Assembly: GCA_913009895.1 (NCBI GenBank)
Contig: CAJVXY010000001.1
Location: 58,469-122,468, forward strand
DNA length: 64,000 nucleotides
From: an uncultured Acidiferrobacteraceae bacterium
GTDB taxonomy: Bacteria; Pseudomonadota; Gammaproteobacteria; Acidiferrobacterales; SZUA-150
Reading direction: 5' to 3'
Shown: piece by piece, positions 28,633 to 38,597 of the stretch
Layout: every line of letters starts with the position of its first letter
Numbering within the stretch: the stretch's first letter is position 1
The notes under the pieces: model-generated
Told to the model about the DNA's origin: nothing
What the model saw: the letters and a program-made list of their open reading frames with translations, nothing else
Database searches by the model: none
Translations under genes and position numbers: made by a program

Positions 28633-30130
28633 GGGCTGGCTCATTTTCAGGCAATCCATATTGCTGGTTTAGCGTTGTATCAATGAAATCTATATCAAGG
28701 TGTTTTTCCAGTTCATCGGCGAGTCTATTCAATTGATTTTCTCGAAGCTGCTCATAATCGATTGCATTTTGGTTTTTTAGACCAGCCCAGGCCAGGAGGG
28801 CGTCACAGGCAGGTTTAGTATTAAAAATACCATGTAAGTAAGTACCCGCTACCAGGCCATCACTGGATAGAGCGCCATCATTGTGATCTTCGAAATTAAT
28901 CAGCGGACGATTCAGGCTGCTACCTTCGGAAACACCGGCGTGGATTTCATAGCCTGTTACTTCAATATTATTTAGCGTTAAATGACCTTTTACATTTTTC
29001 AGAATTTTATGGGCCTGTAAGCGGGTGGTCATTTCCAGCAGGCCCAATCCAATACTGGACCCAGCATTACCTTCTAAACCTTCATTATCTATAATTTCCT
29101 GACCCAACATTTGATAACCGCCACATAAACCCAGTACTTTCCCCTGGTAACGTAAATGTTTTTGGATGGCCTTGTCCCACCCCTTGCTCCGGAGCCAATC
29201 CAGGTCGGCGCGGACACTTTTTGATCCGGGTAATATAATTAGATCAGCCGGGGGAAAATCATCATCGGGGCCAATAAACTGAAAATTCACTCCCGGATGT
29301 AAACGTAGTGGATCAAAGTCCGTGTGGTTACTGATACGGGGCAAAGCGGGTACGATAATATTAAACCCATGTTTTGATTTTTGGCTTCGTTCACGCGGTA
29401 GCGCATCTTCGGCTTCAATATGTAGATTATGAATATAAGGCAATACGCCCAGTACTGGTTTGCCTGTGGTTTTCTCCAACCATTTCAGGCCCGGTTCCAG
29501 TAATGAGATATCACCCCTGAATTTATTAATCACAAAACCAATCACACGATCTTGTTCTGATTGGCTGAGTAATTGCAGTGTCCCCACGATATGTGCAAAC
29601 ACGCCACCGCGATCAATATCGGCGACCAGTATAACCGGGCAATCCACTTTTTCTGCAAAGCCCATATTGGCAATGTCGCCATCACGGAGATTTATTTCAG
29701 CAGGTGACCCGGCACCCTCCACCAGCATCACATCATATTCGTTAGCCAGCCTGGTATAGGACTCCATCACCTTGTCCTGCACGATAGATTTATACTGGTG
29801 ATAGTTAGCCGCATTCATATTGCCGATGGCCTTGCCCTGGACAATAACCTGGGCACCGGTATCGGAATTGGGTTTGATCAATACCGGGTTCATATCACTA
29901 GTGGGTGTGATACCACATGCCTGTGCCTGGACTGCCTGGGCCCGACCTATTTCGCCACCATCTTCGGTGACGGCACTGTTCAGTGCCATATTTTGTGGTT
30001 TGAACGGGACGACGTTTTTTTTACGACGAGCATAAAGGCGACATAATCCAGCTACTAATGTTGATTTCCCGGCATCAGAGGTGGTGCCCTGTATCATCAA
30101 GGTCTCGCAAATCGATAAGGGGGGTTTCAT
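28625..30130 (-). CDS. cobQ: Cobyric acid synthase
   Basis: 501 aa. [24 protein letters not shown] and a glutamine-amidotransferase domain with [10 protein letters not shown]. Confidence 0.9.
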   Translation of the reverse strand: MKPPLSICETLMIQGTTSDAGKSTLVAGLCRLYARRKKNVVPFKPQNMALNSAVTEDGGEIGRAQAVQAQACGITPTSDMNPVLIKPNSDTGAQVIVQGKAIGNMNAANYHQYKSIVQDKVMESYTRLANEYDVMLVEGAGSPAEINLRDGDIANMGFAEKVDCPVILVADIDRGGVFAHIVGTLQLLSQSEQDRVIGFVINKFRGDISLLEPGLKWLEKTTGKPVLGVLPYIHNLHIEAEDALPRERSQKSKHGFNIIVPALPRISNHTDFDPLRLHPGVNFQFIGPDDDFPPADLIILPGSKSVRADLDWLRSKGWDKAIQKHLRYQGKVLGLCGGYQMLGQEIIDNEGLEGNAGSSIGLGLLEMTTRLQAHKILKNVKGHLTLNNIEVTGYEIHAGVSEGSSLNRPLINFEDHNDGALSSDGLVAGTYLHGIFNTKPACDALLAWAGLKNQNAIDYEQLRENQLNRLADELEKHLDIDFIDTTLNQQYGLPENEPAHV

Positions 30131-30147
30131 AAGTTAGTGAGTTATGT

Positions 30148-30756
30148 TCATAACTCAATACCCGGTTGCGCCTTAATACCGGCGCGGTAAGCATGTTTGA
30201 TGTCTTTCATTTCGGTCACTGTATCGGCAATATCAATCAGCTCATCCGGTGCGCCGCGGCCAGTAATCACAACATGCTGGTTGACCGGACGTGACTTCAA
30301 TGCAGCGATAACCTCGGCAACTTCCATATAGCGAGATTGTAAAACGATATTCAGTTCATCCAGAATGACCAGGTGCAAACCAGGATCCGTAAGCATGGAC
30401 ACTGCCTTTTGCCAGGCTTTTTTACAGGTGGCGATATCGCGTTCACGGTCCTGGGTGTCCCAGGTGAATCCCTCGCCCATGGCATAAAACTGTACGTTGT
30501 CTTGTTTCTGAAAAAACAACTCTTCACCGGTTTTCTGGGGCCCCTTGATAAACTGGATCACACCAGCATGAAAACCATGACCAAGCGTGCGCGCCAGCAT
30601 GCCGAAGGCAGAACTGCTTTTACCCTTGCCATTACCGGTATGGACCAGGATGATGCCCCGCTCTACATCATTTTTCTCGATAGTTTGATCGATGATTTTT
30701 TTCTTGCGAATCATGCGTGATTTGTGTCGCGCATTCAGTGCCGTTTCATCGCCCAT
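30148..30756 (-). CDS. cobO: Cob(I)yrinic acid a,c-diamide adenosyltransferase
   Basis: Start at ATG 30756, one nt after the upstream gene's stop. HTGNGKGKSSSAFG P-loop, LDELN. Confidence 0.85.
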   Translation of the reverse strand: MGDETALNARHKSRMIRKKKIIDQTIEKNDVERGIILVHTGNGKGKSSSAFGMLARTLGHGFHAGVIQFIKGPQKTGEELFFQKQDNVQFYAMGEGFTWDTQDRERDIATCKKAWQKAVSMLTDPGLHLVILDELNIVLQSRYMEVAEVIAALKSRPVNQHVVITGRGAPDELIDIADTVTEMKDIKHAYRAGIKAQPGIEL

Positions 30757-30757
30757 G

Positions 30758-31354
30758 TTAAAATCCAGTCTTTGATTTGTCCTGGGTATCACTGACACCA
30801 CGGGTAACCATCAAGCCAATATGTATCAAACTGGCTACAGTCATATATGCAAACGTCGAGAACATATAAGGTGGATAATATTTTACAACACCTTCAATAT
30901 ATTGATTGAAACTCATGTCAGGAAACCTGCCCGATACCAGGTAAAAACTGCCATTGGATAAAAGAAAGGCGGCACTGGTTGCAGTAAACAAAATTGCCAG
31001 CAACGGTAACAGGGTTTGATAACCGGGTTGATATTTTTTCCTGAACCATATACCGCCATACCACATGAAGGCATAAGTCGGTATCAGGAACCAGTAGGCA
31101 GGGCTGATGCAAAAATCACTTACATTGCCAAAATTGATGGCCGCGTAGTCTATTAACCCTGCCAGTAATAACAAACCAATAAACACACGGGTACGTGTTA
31201 TGTAAAAGCCGGCCAGGAAAAAGATTGCCAGTGACGCATCGGGTAAATGCAAGGCCGAGCCAAAATGATAATAACGTGTAGCCAGCATCAGTATTGCCAG
31301 AATCACAGTTACTATTACTAGAGTAGATTTATTTTTTATAAAATTATTTTCCAT
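30758..31354 (-). CDS. Small polytopic membrane protein, candidate BtuM-like cobalamin transporter
   Basis: ~198 aa with about 6 hydrophobic helices and a single Cys (SDFCISPAYW, about residue 82). Located between btuB and cobO under the B12 riboswitch. ATG 31354 has better AGGAG spacing than 31360. Confidence 0.45.
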   Translation of the reverse strand: MENNFIKNKSTLVIVTVILAILMLATRYYHFGSALHLPDASLAIFFLAGFYITRTRVFIGLLLLAGLIDYAAINFGNVSDFCISPAYWFLIPTYAFMWYGGIWFRKKYQPGYQTLLPLLAILFTATSAAFLLSNGSFYLVSGRFPDMSFNQYIEGVVKYYPPYMFSTFAYMTVASLIHIGLMVTRGVSDTQDKSKTGF

Positions 31355-31414
31355 GGTCATCTCCTGGTTACATGCGACTAAATGTTACTGGCTAGAACAA
31401 TACTGGTACTATAA

Positions 31415-33241
31415 TTATAGTTTCGGGCTATATTTAACATTAAAAAATACGACCCGGCCCGGTTGATTATAATATTCCGCCGTTTCATATTTTACTGCCA
31501 TTAAGTTATCAATTTTTAACTCAAGACGCCATTCTTCTTCTGGTGCATATTCAGTCCGTATGCCCACGAGTGTGTAACCATCCAGCACTTTAGTGTTGGC
31601 CAAATCATCATAACGTTTTCCGTCATAGAATACGGTAAGACCGTTGGTTATGCCGGCAACCCGGTATTGAACATCAAGTTTTGCTGATTGCTGTGACCGG
31701 CGCGGCAGTATATTACCATCATCTACCCCGCCAGATTTGTTTTCGGGTTTCAGACTGGTAAGACCAACTTTAAGCAACCAGTCCCACAACCTGATATCCA
31801 TATCCAGTTCTGCGCCGATTATTTCAGCCTTGTTGATATTGCCGACATTAAAGAAAGAATCGAATGCAATTAAATTATCAATGCGGGTCTGGTAGGCATG
31901 GAGACTCCAGTTCAGGTGCGGTACTTTACCACCAAGGGCAAGTTCTGCTGTTGCTGACTCTTCAGGGTCAAGATTCGCATTGCCAAAGCCGGGAAAGTAA
32001 AGATCATTAAAACTGGGCGCAGCAAATGCAGTGCCATAGGAAGCAGACGTCCAGAGCGCCTCCATGATATCGATACGTAAGCCACCACTGCCAGTGTTAT
32101 ATTTTCCGAATTGTTCATTGTCGTCATGTCGCACTGAAAGATTATAATTAATCCTCCAGACATTGCCCTGGTACTGGGCAAATCCACCGACATTATCCCG
32201 TTTGGACTCATCATAAACAGTCGTGCTCTTTACCTGGTCACTTTGGTAATCCAGGCCAACTGTCAGTTCATCCGTGCTGGCAATAAGAATATCGTTTTGA
32301 AACGATACGGTATTGCGGGCGGTCTCAAATTTACTGCTGAAATTTTTGCCCAGGAAGTTTTTTGAAATATCAATACTCCTGCCCGCAAGTAGCTTGGCAT
32401 CCCAGCGCGATAATAAATTTGCTTTTACGCTACCACCGTAAACTTTTTGGTCAAATTCAGAATTATTTTGAAAACTACCATCAAATTCACTCTTGCCCAC
32501 TGCCTGCAACCCATGAATATCAAATTCTATACCGGTTGAAAATCGATGACCGACACGGGCAGACAATGAACGATTCTTATAACCGTCCTTGTCAGGTTCA
32601 TAAGTGAAACAACCACCAACAAAAGGTTCCCCCCGGCAAGAATTAAAACCTTGGGTGTCAAAACCGGCTGCCGATACGTTATACCAGCCGTTGTCACCGC
32701 CACCCGAGACACCCAGTGATCCACGGGTGGTATTATAATTACCCGCGCCTAAAGAAAAAAACGGTCGTACATCACCGCCACCTTTTTTAGTGAATATCTG
32801 GATTACACCACCAATCGCTTCTGAACCATAAAGACTGGAACGTGGTCCCCGTACCACCTCAACCCTTTCGACCTGGTCAATGGGTATATCCTGGAATGCA
32901 GTTGTGCCTAAAGTTGCAGAGCCTACCTTAACGCCATTAATTAAAACCAGGACATGACGGGATTCTGTGCCACGTAAAAAGAACGAGGTGGCCTTACCGG
33001 GACCGCCGTTATTGCTGATACTAAGACCGGGAATTCCCTGGAGCAGCTCGGGTATACTTTGTGCCTGGCTGTTTTCAATGTCATCACTATCGATTACGGT
33101 GACTGATGCCAGGGTTTCGTCAACGGTAGTCGCCGTACGTGTTGCGGTAACCACGAGCGGCAGTTCTATCGAAGATTCAGCTATTGCTTGTAATGGAACA
33201 GAAAACAGAATTAAAAAAAGTATTCGCTTAATCACACTCAT
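31415..33241 (-). CDS. btuB: TonB-dependent vitamin B12 outer-membrane receptor
   Basis: 608 aa. Signal peptide, TonB box-like PLVVTATR, plug domain, C-terminal beta-barrel ending in an aromatic motif. Directly downstream of a cobalamin riboswitch. Confidence 0.85.
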   Translation of the reverse strand: MSVIKRILFLILFSVPLQAIAESSIELPLVVTATRTATTVDETLASVTVIDSDDIENSQAQSIPELLQGIPGLSISNNGGPGKATSFFLRGTESRHVLVLINGVKVGSATLGTTAFQDIPIDQVERVEVVRGPRSSLYGSEAIGGVIQIFTKKGGGDVRPFFSLGAGNYNTTRGSLGVSGGGDNGWYNVSAAGFDTQGFNSCRGEPFVGGCFTYEPDKDGYKNRSLSARVGHRFSTGIEFDIHGLQAVGKSEFDGSFQNNSEFDQKVYGGSVKANLLSRWDAKLLAGRSIDISKNFLGKNFSSKFETARNTVSFQNDILIASTDELTVGLDYQSDQVKSTTVYDESKRDNVGGFAQYQGNVWRINYNLSVRHDDNEQFGKYNTGSGGLRIDIMEALWTSASYGTAFAAPSFNDLYFPGFGNANLDPEESATAELALGGKVPHLNWSLHAYQTRIDNLIAFDSFFNVGNINKAEIIGAELDMDIRLWDWLLKVGLTSLKPENKSGGVDDGNILPRRSQQSAKLDVQYRVAGITNGLTVFYDGKRYDDLANTKVLDGYTLVGIRTEYAPEEEWRLELKIDNLMAVKYETAEYYNQPGRVVFFNVKYSPKL

Positions 33242-33364
33242 CTCCCCACGCGCACCCGCGCAGTATTTTTATTGAATAATATAGATAAGCGAAAAGGATT
33301 AAATCAGCGATTCAGGGAATGGTAGCGCTCCACTGCACCGCAGCATTGCCCTCCGCAATATCCA

Positions 33365-33590
33365 CTGATAACCACAGGCCGGTCTCCGGACTCGTGAGTG
33401 ATTGACATCTTGCAGCGCCTTCCCATGACGGTCGTTTTATCGACGCTTGCCATAGTGGCGTTGTGCTGCTTTTAACTCACTTACCGTTGCGGGGGCAGTG
33501 CCGGGTTTGGTCTTCGACGAAGAACGCACCGGCTTCCCGTTTCACTCCGCGGGCGATTGCCCTTGGAAGCACCTGAAGCTGGCGCGACAT
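33365..33590 (-). promoter_or_regulatory. Cobalamin (B12) riboswitch
   Basis: The minus strand reads ...AAACGGGAAGCCGGTGCG...GCACTGCCCCCGCAACGGTAAG...GCCACTATGG...CATGGGAAGGCG...GAGTCCGGAGACCGGCCTG (B12 box at 33375-33394). This covers all the conserved blocks of the Cobalamin RNA family. Confidence 0.85.
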
Positions 33591-33864
33591 TACAGGAGTC
33601 AATATACCATCGTCAAACAGAAAACTTTTTCTCTTTGCTTACAAGGAATTGCACTAAAGGCGGTACAGGATTCGGGGATGCTGAGCACACACAACCATAG
33701 TGACAAATTTTATGCCTTGCCATGCTAAATGGTCGGTAAAAGTCTATAAAAAAATACGAATATAAATTATATATAACAGTAAGTTAGCCTAGGGCAGTTC
33801 ACCCGGGCACAGCTTTTGCATAACAAAGATAAGTAAATATAAAAATTTTAGACTGGGGTGTGCC

Positions 33865-34713
33865 GTGAAGATAAAAATCAAATTATTCCTATATATATCT
33901 TTTGTCGTATTTATAGGGACTGCAAATTACTTTCATTTTTCCCAAAGTGAGGCCAATACCGCCGGCGAACAATCTTTTCCTGGCCGGAGTGTTTACAGCC
34001 ATGTGTCCTATATCGGCGTTGATGAGCTTTTCAGGGACCGTGATAACGTAGTAATTGTTGATGTCCGGTCAAAGCTGGAACATCAAACGCTACGCATTAA
34101 AGGTGCCCTGCATATCCCGGTTGCAAGCGCCGGGTTTGTCAGCAAACTCAGGGAGTTGAGACAAAAAACATCAAAATCTATAGCCTTTTATTGTAATGGC
34201 CAGACCTGTTTCAAATCCTATGAGGCCGCGGACAAGGCCATGGCCGAAAATATAAACAATGTTTACGCTTACGATGCCGGGGTATTTGTCTGGGCCAGGG
34301 CCCATCCCGAACAGGCGGTGCTTTTGGGCCAGAGCCCGGTTAACCCGCGCGACCTGATTAGCAAAAAAGAACTTCGAAAACGCTTACTGGAGCCAGGCCA
34401 ATTTAAGAAACGAATGGGTTCCTCGATTATTGTCGTCGATGTGCGAAATCATACACACCATGACAGTAATGGCCTTGTGTCTTCAGATGAACAATTGGCC
34501 ATTCTAAATGGTAATGGTGTGCTGGATGCCTCTATAAAAGAGGCAAAAACAAAACGGGTGCCATTACTGGTTTATGATGCAACAGGCAAACAGGTGCGCT
34601 GGATTCAATACTATATAGAGAAAAAGGGACTGAAAAATTATTACTTCCTGAAGGGCGGTGCCAATAGCTATTCCGCAACCCAAATTGCCAGAATTGACAG
34701 CAAGACGATTTAA
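33865..34713 (+). CDS. Secreted rhodanese-domain protein (two domains, one with a Cys loop)
   Basis: 282 aa, GTG start, hydrophobic N-terminus. The first domain carries FYCNGQTCFKS. The second has no catalytic Cys. Confidence 0.6.
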   Translation: MKIKIKLFLYISFVVFIGTANYFHFSQSEANTAGEQSFPGRSVYSHVSYIGVDELFRDRDNVVIVDVRSKLEHQTLRIKGALHIPVASAGFVSKLRELRQKTSKSIAFYCNGQTCFKSYEAADKAMAENINNVYAYDAGVFVWARAHPEQAVLLGQSPVNPRDLISKKELRKRLLEPGQFKKRMGSSIIVVDVRNHTHHDSNGLVSSDEQLAILNGNGVLDASIKEAKTKRVPLLVYDATGKQVRWIQYYIEKKGLKNYYFLKGGANSYSATQIARIDSKTI

Positions 34714-34890
34714 TTAAAAAGTAATTTTGTTTAAGAAGGCAGGAAGAGGGCGGTCGTCCCGGAAATGAAATAATTTTTTTTGTTGTCTTTTAGTTGCGAT
34801 ATCAAGAAGCGGATAAAATGGTGGCCGGGAGCGACTAGAATCGTCCACCGCACAAGGTCGGCACGAAACAGGAGAAAACTGGGGAGAAAA

Positions 34891-34966
34891 TGGTGGCCAG
34901 GGACAGAATCGAACTGCCGACACGGGGATTTTCAGTCCCCTGCTCTACCGACTGAGCTACCTGGCC
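34891..34966 (-). tRNA. tRNA-Phe (GAA)
   Basis: The minus strand reads GGCCAGGTAGCTCAGTCGGTAGAGCAGGGGACTGAAAATCCCCGTGTCGGCAGTTCGATTCTGTCCCTGGCCACCA. Full cloverleaf, anticodon loop CTGAAAA, encoded CCA. Confidence 0.95.
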
Positions 34967-35116
34967 ATTATTCTAGTAACGAGTCGCTAGTGTCTGGTGG
35001 CTGGAAAAACAGTGTTTTCAGGAATGACTGTTCTCCCTTGCCTCGTTCCTCGCTCCTCGTAGCTTCATGCGAGCGGCGTATTAGACGCGATTTGGGGCGG
35101 GGTCGTCAAGGGCCGG

Positions 35117-35392
35117 TTATTTATCGGGATTGGGGCTAAATTCTTCAGGCAAGGCGCCACCGTCGCCAAAAAAGAAGTTTTCCATCTCTTTGACCAGTAT
35201 TGCCCGGGATTTAGGATCTACCGGGCTAAGCCGGTTTTCATTGATCAGGATGGTTTGGTGTTTGAGCCATAATTGCCAGGCTTCCTGGGACACGTGGTCC
35301 CATATTTTCTGGCCCAGTTCACCGGGGTAAACCGGCCGTTCCAGGCCTTCGGCCTCTTTGCCCAGTTTTACGCATTGCACCATTCGTGTCAT
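35117..35392 (-). CDS. yggX: Fe(2+)-trafficking / oxidative-damage protection protein
   Basis: 91 aa. MTRMVQCVKLGKEAEGLERPVYPGELGQKIWDHVSQEAWQLW matches YggX. Overlaps the mutY stop by 4 nt. Confidence 0.85.
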   Translation of the reverse strand: MTRMVQCVKLGKEAEGLERPVYPGELGQKIWDHVSQEAWQLWLKHQTILINENRLSPVDPKSRAILVKEMENFFFGDGGALPEEFSPNPDK

Positions 35393-36456
35393 TGATTCTC
35401 CCCTAATTTTTCAAGTAGTTTTTTAACCGGGGCGGCGAGCCCACGTTGATCCGGTTTGTTGGGGTTATACCAGACTGCTCCCGGGTTCTCCATGATCCCG
35501 GGCCGCAAACGCAGTAACCGTGCGGGTACTGGTGTGATGGTCAGGTGAAAATGGGTAAAACTGTGTTTTACGACTGGCCAGGCCGGCCTGGTATTGATTT
35601 CAATATCGAGTGTTCTTTTGGCCCAGCGAGTAATGTTGTCTGTTTTATTATTTGTCTGGTCAAGCTCCGGAAAACACCACAAGCTGCCCCAGATACCTGT
35701 TGGTGGTCGTTGCAATAACAGCACTTCATTCTGATGGTTCTGGATCATGGCCATGACCACATTTTTTTGTGGTAGTGATAGTCGTGGTTTTGATCCGGGG
35801 TAGTTTTTTTGGGCACCGTTTTGTCGGGCGTAACATTTTTTTGCAACGGGGCAGGCTTCGCAACCTGGTTGGCTGCGTGTACAGACAGTGGCACCCAGGT
35901 CCATGATTGCCTGGTTGTATTGCGCCACTCGTTTCCGGGGTGTGTGTTTCGTGGCATTTAACCAAAGAATATTTTCGACTTTTTTATTACCCGGCCAACC
36001 CGCTATCCCGTGAAAGCGGGCCAAAACTCGTTTGACATTACCGTCCAGTATTACCTGGTGCTGACCGTGGGCCAGGGACAGGATCGCGCCAGCAGTTGAA
36101 CGGCCAATGCCCGGGAGCTTCAGGACTTGATCAAAAGCTTCCGGGAATTGTTCGTTGTAATTTTGACAAATGATTTTTGCGGTTTTGTGCAGGTTCCGTG
36201 CCCGGGCGTAATAACCCAGCCCGGTCCAGAAATGTAACACCTGGTCGAGTTCGGCAGTTGCCAGGGTTTTGATGTCTGGAAAGACCTGAATAAATTTTTC
36301 AAAATAGGGAATGACTGTTTTAACCTGGGTCTGCTGTAACATAATCTCGGACAGCCAGATTCGATAGGGATCTCTATTTTGTTGCCACGGCAGGTTTTTC
36401 CGCCCGTGACTGTCGTACCAGGTTAAAATTCGATTGCTGAATGAAAATCTTGGCAA
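35389..36456 (-). CDS. mutY: A/G-specific adenine DNA glycosylase
   Basis: 355 aa. RKNLPWQ, YRIWLSEIMLQQTQV, HhH-GPD (LPGIGRSTAGAI), 4Fe-4S Cys cluster (CTRSQPGCEACPVAKKC) and a NUDIX-like C-terminal domain. Confidence 0.9.
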   Translation of the reverse strand: MPRFSFSNRILTWYDSHGRKNLPWQQNRDPYRIWLSEIMLQQTQVKTVIPYFEKFIQVFPDIKTLATAELDQVLHFWTGLGYYARARNLHKTAKIICQNYNEQFPEAFDQVLKLPGIGRSTAGAILSLAHGQHQVILDGNVKRVLARFHGIAGWPGNKKVENILWLNATKHTPRKRVAQYNQAIMDLGATVCTRSQPGCEACPVAKKCYARQNGAQKNYPGSKPRLSLPQKNVVMAMIQNHQNEVLLLQRPPTGIWGSLWCFPELDQTNNKTDNITRWAKRTLDIEINTRPAWPVVKHSFTHFHLTITPVPARLLRLRPGIMENPGAVWYNPNKPDQRGLAAPVKKLLEKLGENQ

Positions 36457-36533
36457 AATTTATTTGTACTTCAGTTTAAACATCGTTACATGAAATACTA
36501 ATTTAGTAATCAGTAATTTATCAAACGCAATTA

Positions 36534-38501
36534 TTATTTAAATAATCTCTCAAGACCTTTGCGTAGTTCTTTTTCCAGCGCCTTTTCCGCTTCTTTGCGC
36601 AGGCGTTTTTCGCCCTCCTTGCGTAATATTTTTTGGTACTCTACTTTTATTTGAGGATCATCAAGCGGGCCTTTGATCTTGATCGGCGCCTTGATTGGGT
36701 CAACACCCTGTTTTTCCTGGTAAATTGCTTTCAGGCGATAGTAGATCCAGTTTTTTGGTAAGTCGATCTGGCCTTTGCCGGTCATTTGTAGCCTGGGACC
36801 GATAAGCCAAAGATCCTGGTTGCTGATGACACCGTTATTGATTTTGCCACTGGCAGTGAGTTTGTCATAAACGGTTTCGTTACCTGTTTTCTTGCGGGCA
36901 TGTTTTTTTTGTTTTCCCTGTACCTGTTCCAGTAGTTCACGGGCTTCTCGCAACTGACGGATAAAATCAACACCGAGAAGTTTTCCGGATTTAAGTTTTG
37001 TAGCGAACGAACCGTTCAGGTTTTTTTTAAGTGCGCTTACCTTGCTGCCCGATGTGGCAAGTTTGAATTCAATATTGCCTTTACCCCTGAAATTTTTATA
37101 AATCTCCAAATCTTTTAGCAGGTCACCCAGCTGGATATTTTTAATTTTTTGCTCAATGACATAACGTGGCTTGTGCTTGCGCGCATCAATTATAATTTGT
37201 CCCCTGGTCCTGCCTTCATAAAGCCTGGCCTTAAATGGTGCCAGTTTAATCAAACCCGACTGGGCACTGAAATTTGTATCTATTGACTTAAAGCCGACAC
37301 CACCACCGCGAAAATTTTTCAGTTTTAGTTTTCCTTCGGCCTGTAATGAGCGCAGCATTGTTGTTGGCAGTGATATTTCCTTATCTACTTTTTTCCTGAC
37401 TCTGGTATCAGCGGATTCAGGGGGCGCGGTTGGTATTATTTTTTCTGCGGCAGGCAAATAAAGATCTGTATTGAGGTTGCGGACCAGTAAATCGAATTTG
37501 TATCCGGTTTTATTTTTCAAATCAATCGACATGTCACCTGTTAACTTAACTTTATCCAGCGCCAAATCAATACTTTTAAGTTTTAGTAAATCGGGTGAAT
37601 AGGAAAAATTCATATTTCCTTTCAGGCTTTGTAAAACTTTTTTATTTTCTGGATGATAACTAACGCCAATAGTGCGTAACAACGTCTGCGGCACGGCTTT
37701 TTCCAGGCGAATCACCCCGTTGGCATTAATATCGCCAAATATGTTTCGTGCTGTTAATTGTGTTGTTATTACTACTTCGCCCAATTCAATTTTTGCAGCA
37801 GGCAATTCAGCGATTTGTTGTTGCCAGTCAACCATGAATTGACTGTTAACCGCGATCGGTAGTGGCCGGTTTTTTGCAATCGTTAAATCAGTTACCAGGG
37901 AAAATTCAGCTTGTTCTCCGGAAGCAAGCCGGTCAAGGGTCAGGCCAAGATGTTTGGCAGAAAAACTGGCGCCAGACTGTTTATCTTGCCATAGAATATT
38001 ACTGTCTTTAAAAGTAAGACTGCCCAGCCGAACCGCTGCCATGGCACTACTTTTTTGTGTTGGCTGCTTTTCGCTGACGGCTTTGCGCTCGGTCGGTTGT
38101 TGCGAGACAAAAGTCCAGTTATCACGACCTTGTTTATTGCGAACCAGGTTCAGGGTCAACCCGTCGATCAGGATTTGATCAATGTCGACCCTGCCCCAGA
38201 GCAGTGGCAGGGCAGCAACCCGAATATCTGCCGAACGTAATCGGGCAAAATCAACCGGTTTAAAACCTGGTGGTCCATCCAGCTGCATTTCCTTGAACTG
38301 GACACCCAGCCAGGGAAATAATGAAAGCGAAACGTCGCCGGTGATTTTTAAATCACGACCCGTTTGTTTTTTTACAAGCTCAACTACTTGCTGGCGGTAA
38401 ATGTTTGGGTCAATAAAAACTGTCGCCATTACCATCAAAATAATAATGGCTGCCAGGACCAGGCCAAGACTGACAAGAAAATATTTTACGACCTTCGACA
38501 A
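36534..38501 (-). CDS. asmA: AsmA-family outer-membrane biogenesis protein
   Basis: 655 aa, TTG start, N-terminal anchor helix. A long beta-rich body with an AsmA-like N-terminal block (RDLKITGDVSLSLFPWLGV) and a K/E-rich tail. Confidence 0.75.
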   Translation of the reverse strand: MSKVVKYFLVSLGLVLAAIIILMVMATVFIDPNIYRQQVVELVKKQTGRDLKITGDVSLSLFPWLGVQFKEMQLDGPPGFKPVDFARLRSADIRVAALPLLWGRVDIDQILIDGLTLNLVRNKQGRDNWTFVSQQPTERKAVSEKQPTQKSSAMAAVRLGSLTFKDSNILWQDKQSGASFSAKHLGLTLDRLASGEQAEFSLVTDLTIAKNRPLPIAVNSQFMVDWQQQIAELPAAKIELGEVVITTQLTARNIFGDINANGVIRLEKAVPQTLLRTIGVSYHPENKKVLQSLKGNMNFSYSPDLLKLKSIDLALDKVKLTGDMSIDLKNKTGYKFDLLVRNLNTDLYLPAAEKIIPTAPPESADTRVRKKVDKEISLPTTMLRSLQAEGKLKLKNFRGGGVGFKSIDTNFSAQSGLIKLAPFKARLYEGRTRGQIIIDARKHKPRYVIEQKIKNIQLGDLLKDLEIYKNFRGKGNIEFKLATSGSKVSALKKNLNGSFATKLKSGKLLGVDFIRQLREARELLEQVQGKQKKHARKKTGNETVYDKLTASGKINNGVISNQDLWLIGPRLQMTGKGQIDLPKNWIYYRLKAIYQEKQGVDPIKAPIKIKGPLDDPQIKVEYQKILRKEGEKRLRKEAEKALEKELRKGLERLFK

Positions 38502-38522
38502 AACAGTGACCTCAAGTTTTAT

Positions 38523-38597
38523 TGGAGCGGGTGATGGGAGTCGAACCCACGTCTCTAGCTTGGGAAGCTAGGGTAATAGCCGTTATACGACACCCGC
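38523..38597 (-). tRNA. tRNA-Gly (CCC)
   Basis: The minus strand reads GCGGGTGTCGTATAACGGCTATTACCCTAGCTTCCCAAGCTAGAGACGTGGGTTCGACTCCCATCACCCGCTCCA. Anticodon loop TTCCCAA. Confidence 0.95.

Noticed and set aside
33498-33728. 76-aa plus-strand ORF.
   Set aside because: It lies across the cobalamin riboswitch and promoter region on the opposite strand. Its GC-rich open frame is explained by the structured RNA.
34714-35139. ORFs of 69 aa (minus) and 119 aa (plus) around 34.8-35.1 kb.
   Set aside because: They overlap the tRNA-Phe gene and its GC-rich leader. They have no coding signal.
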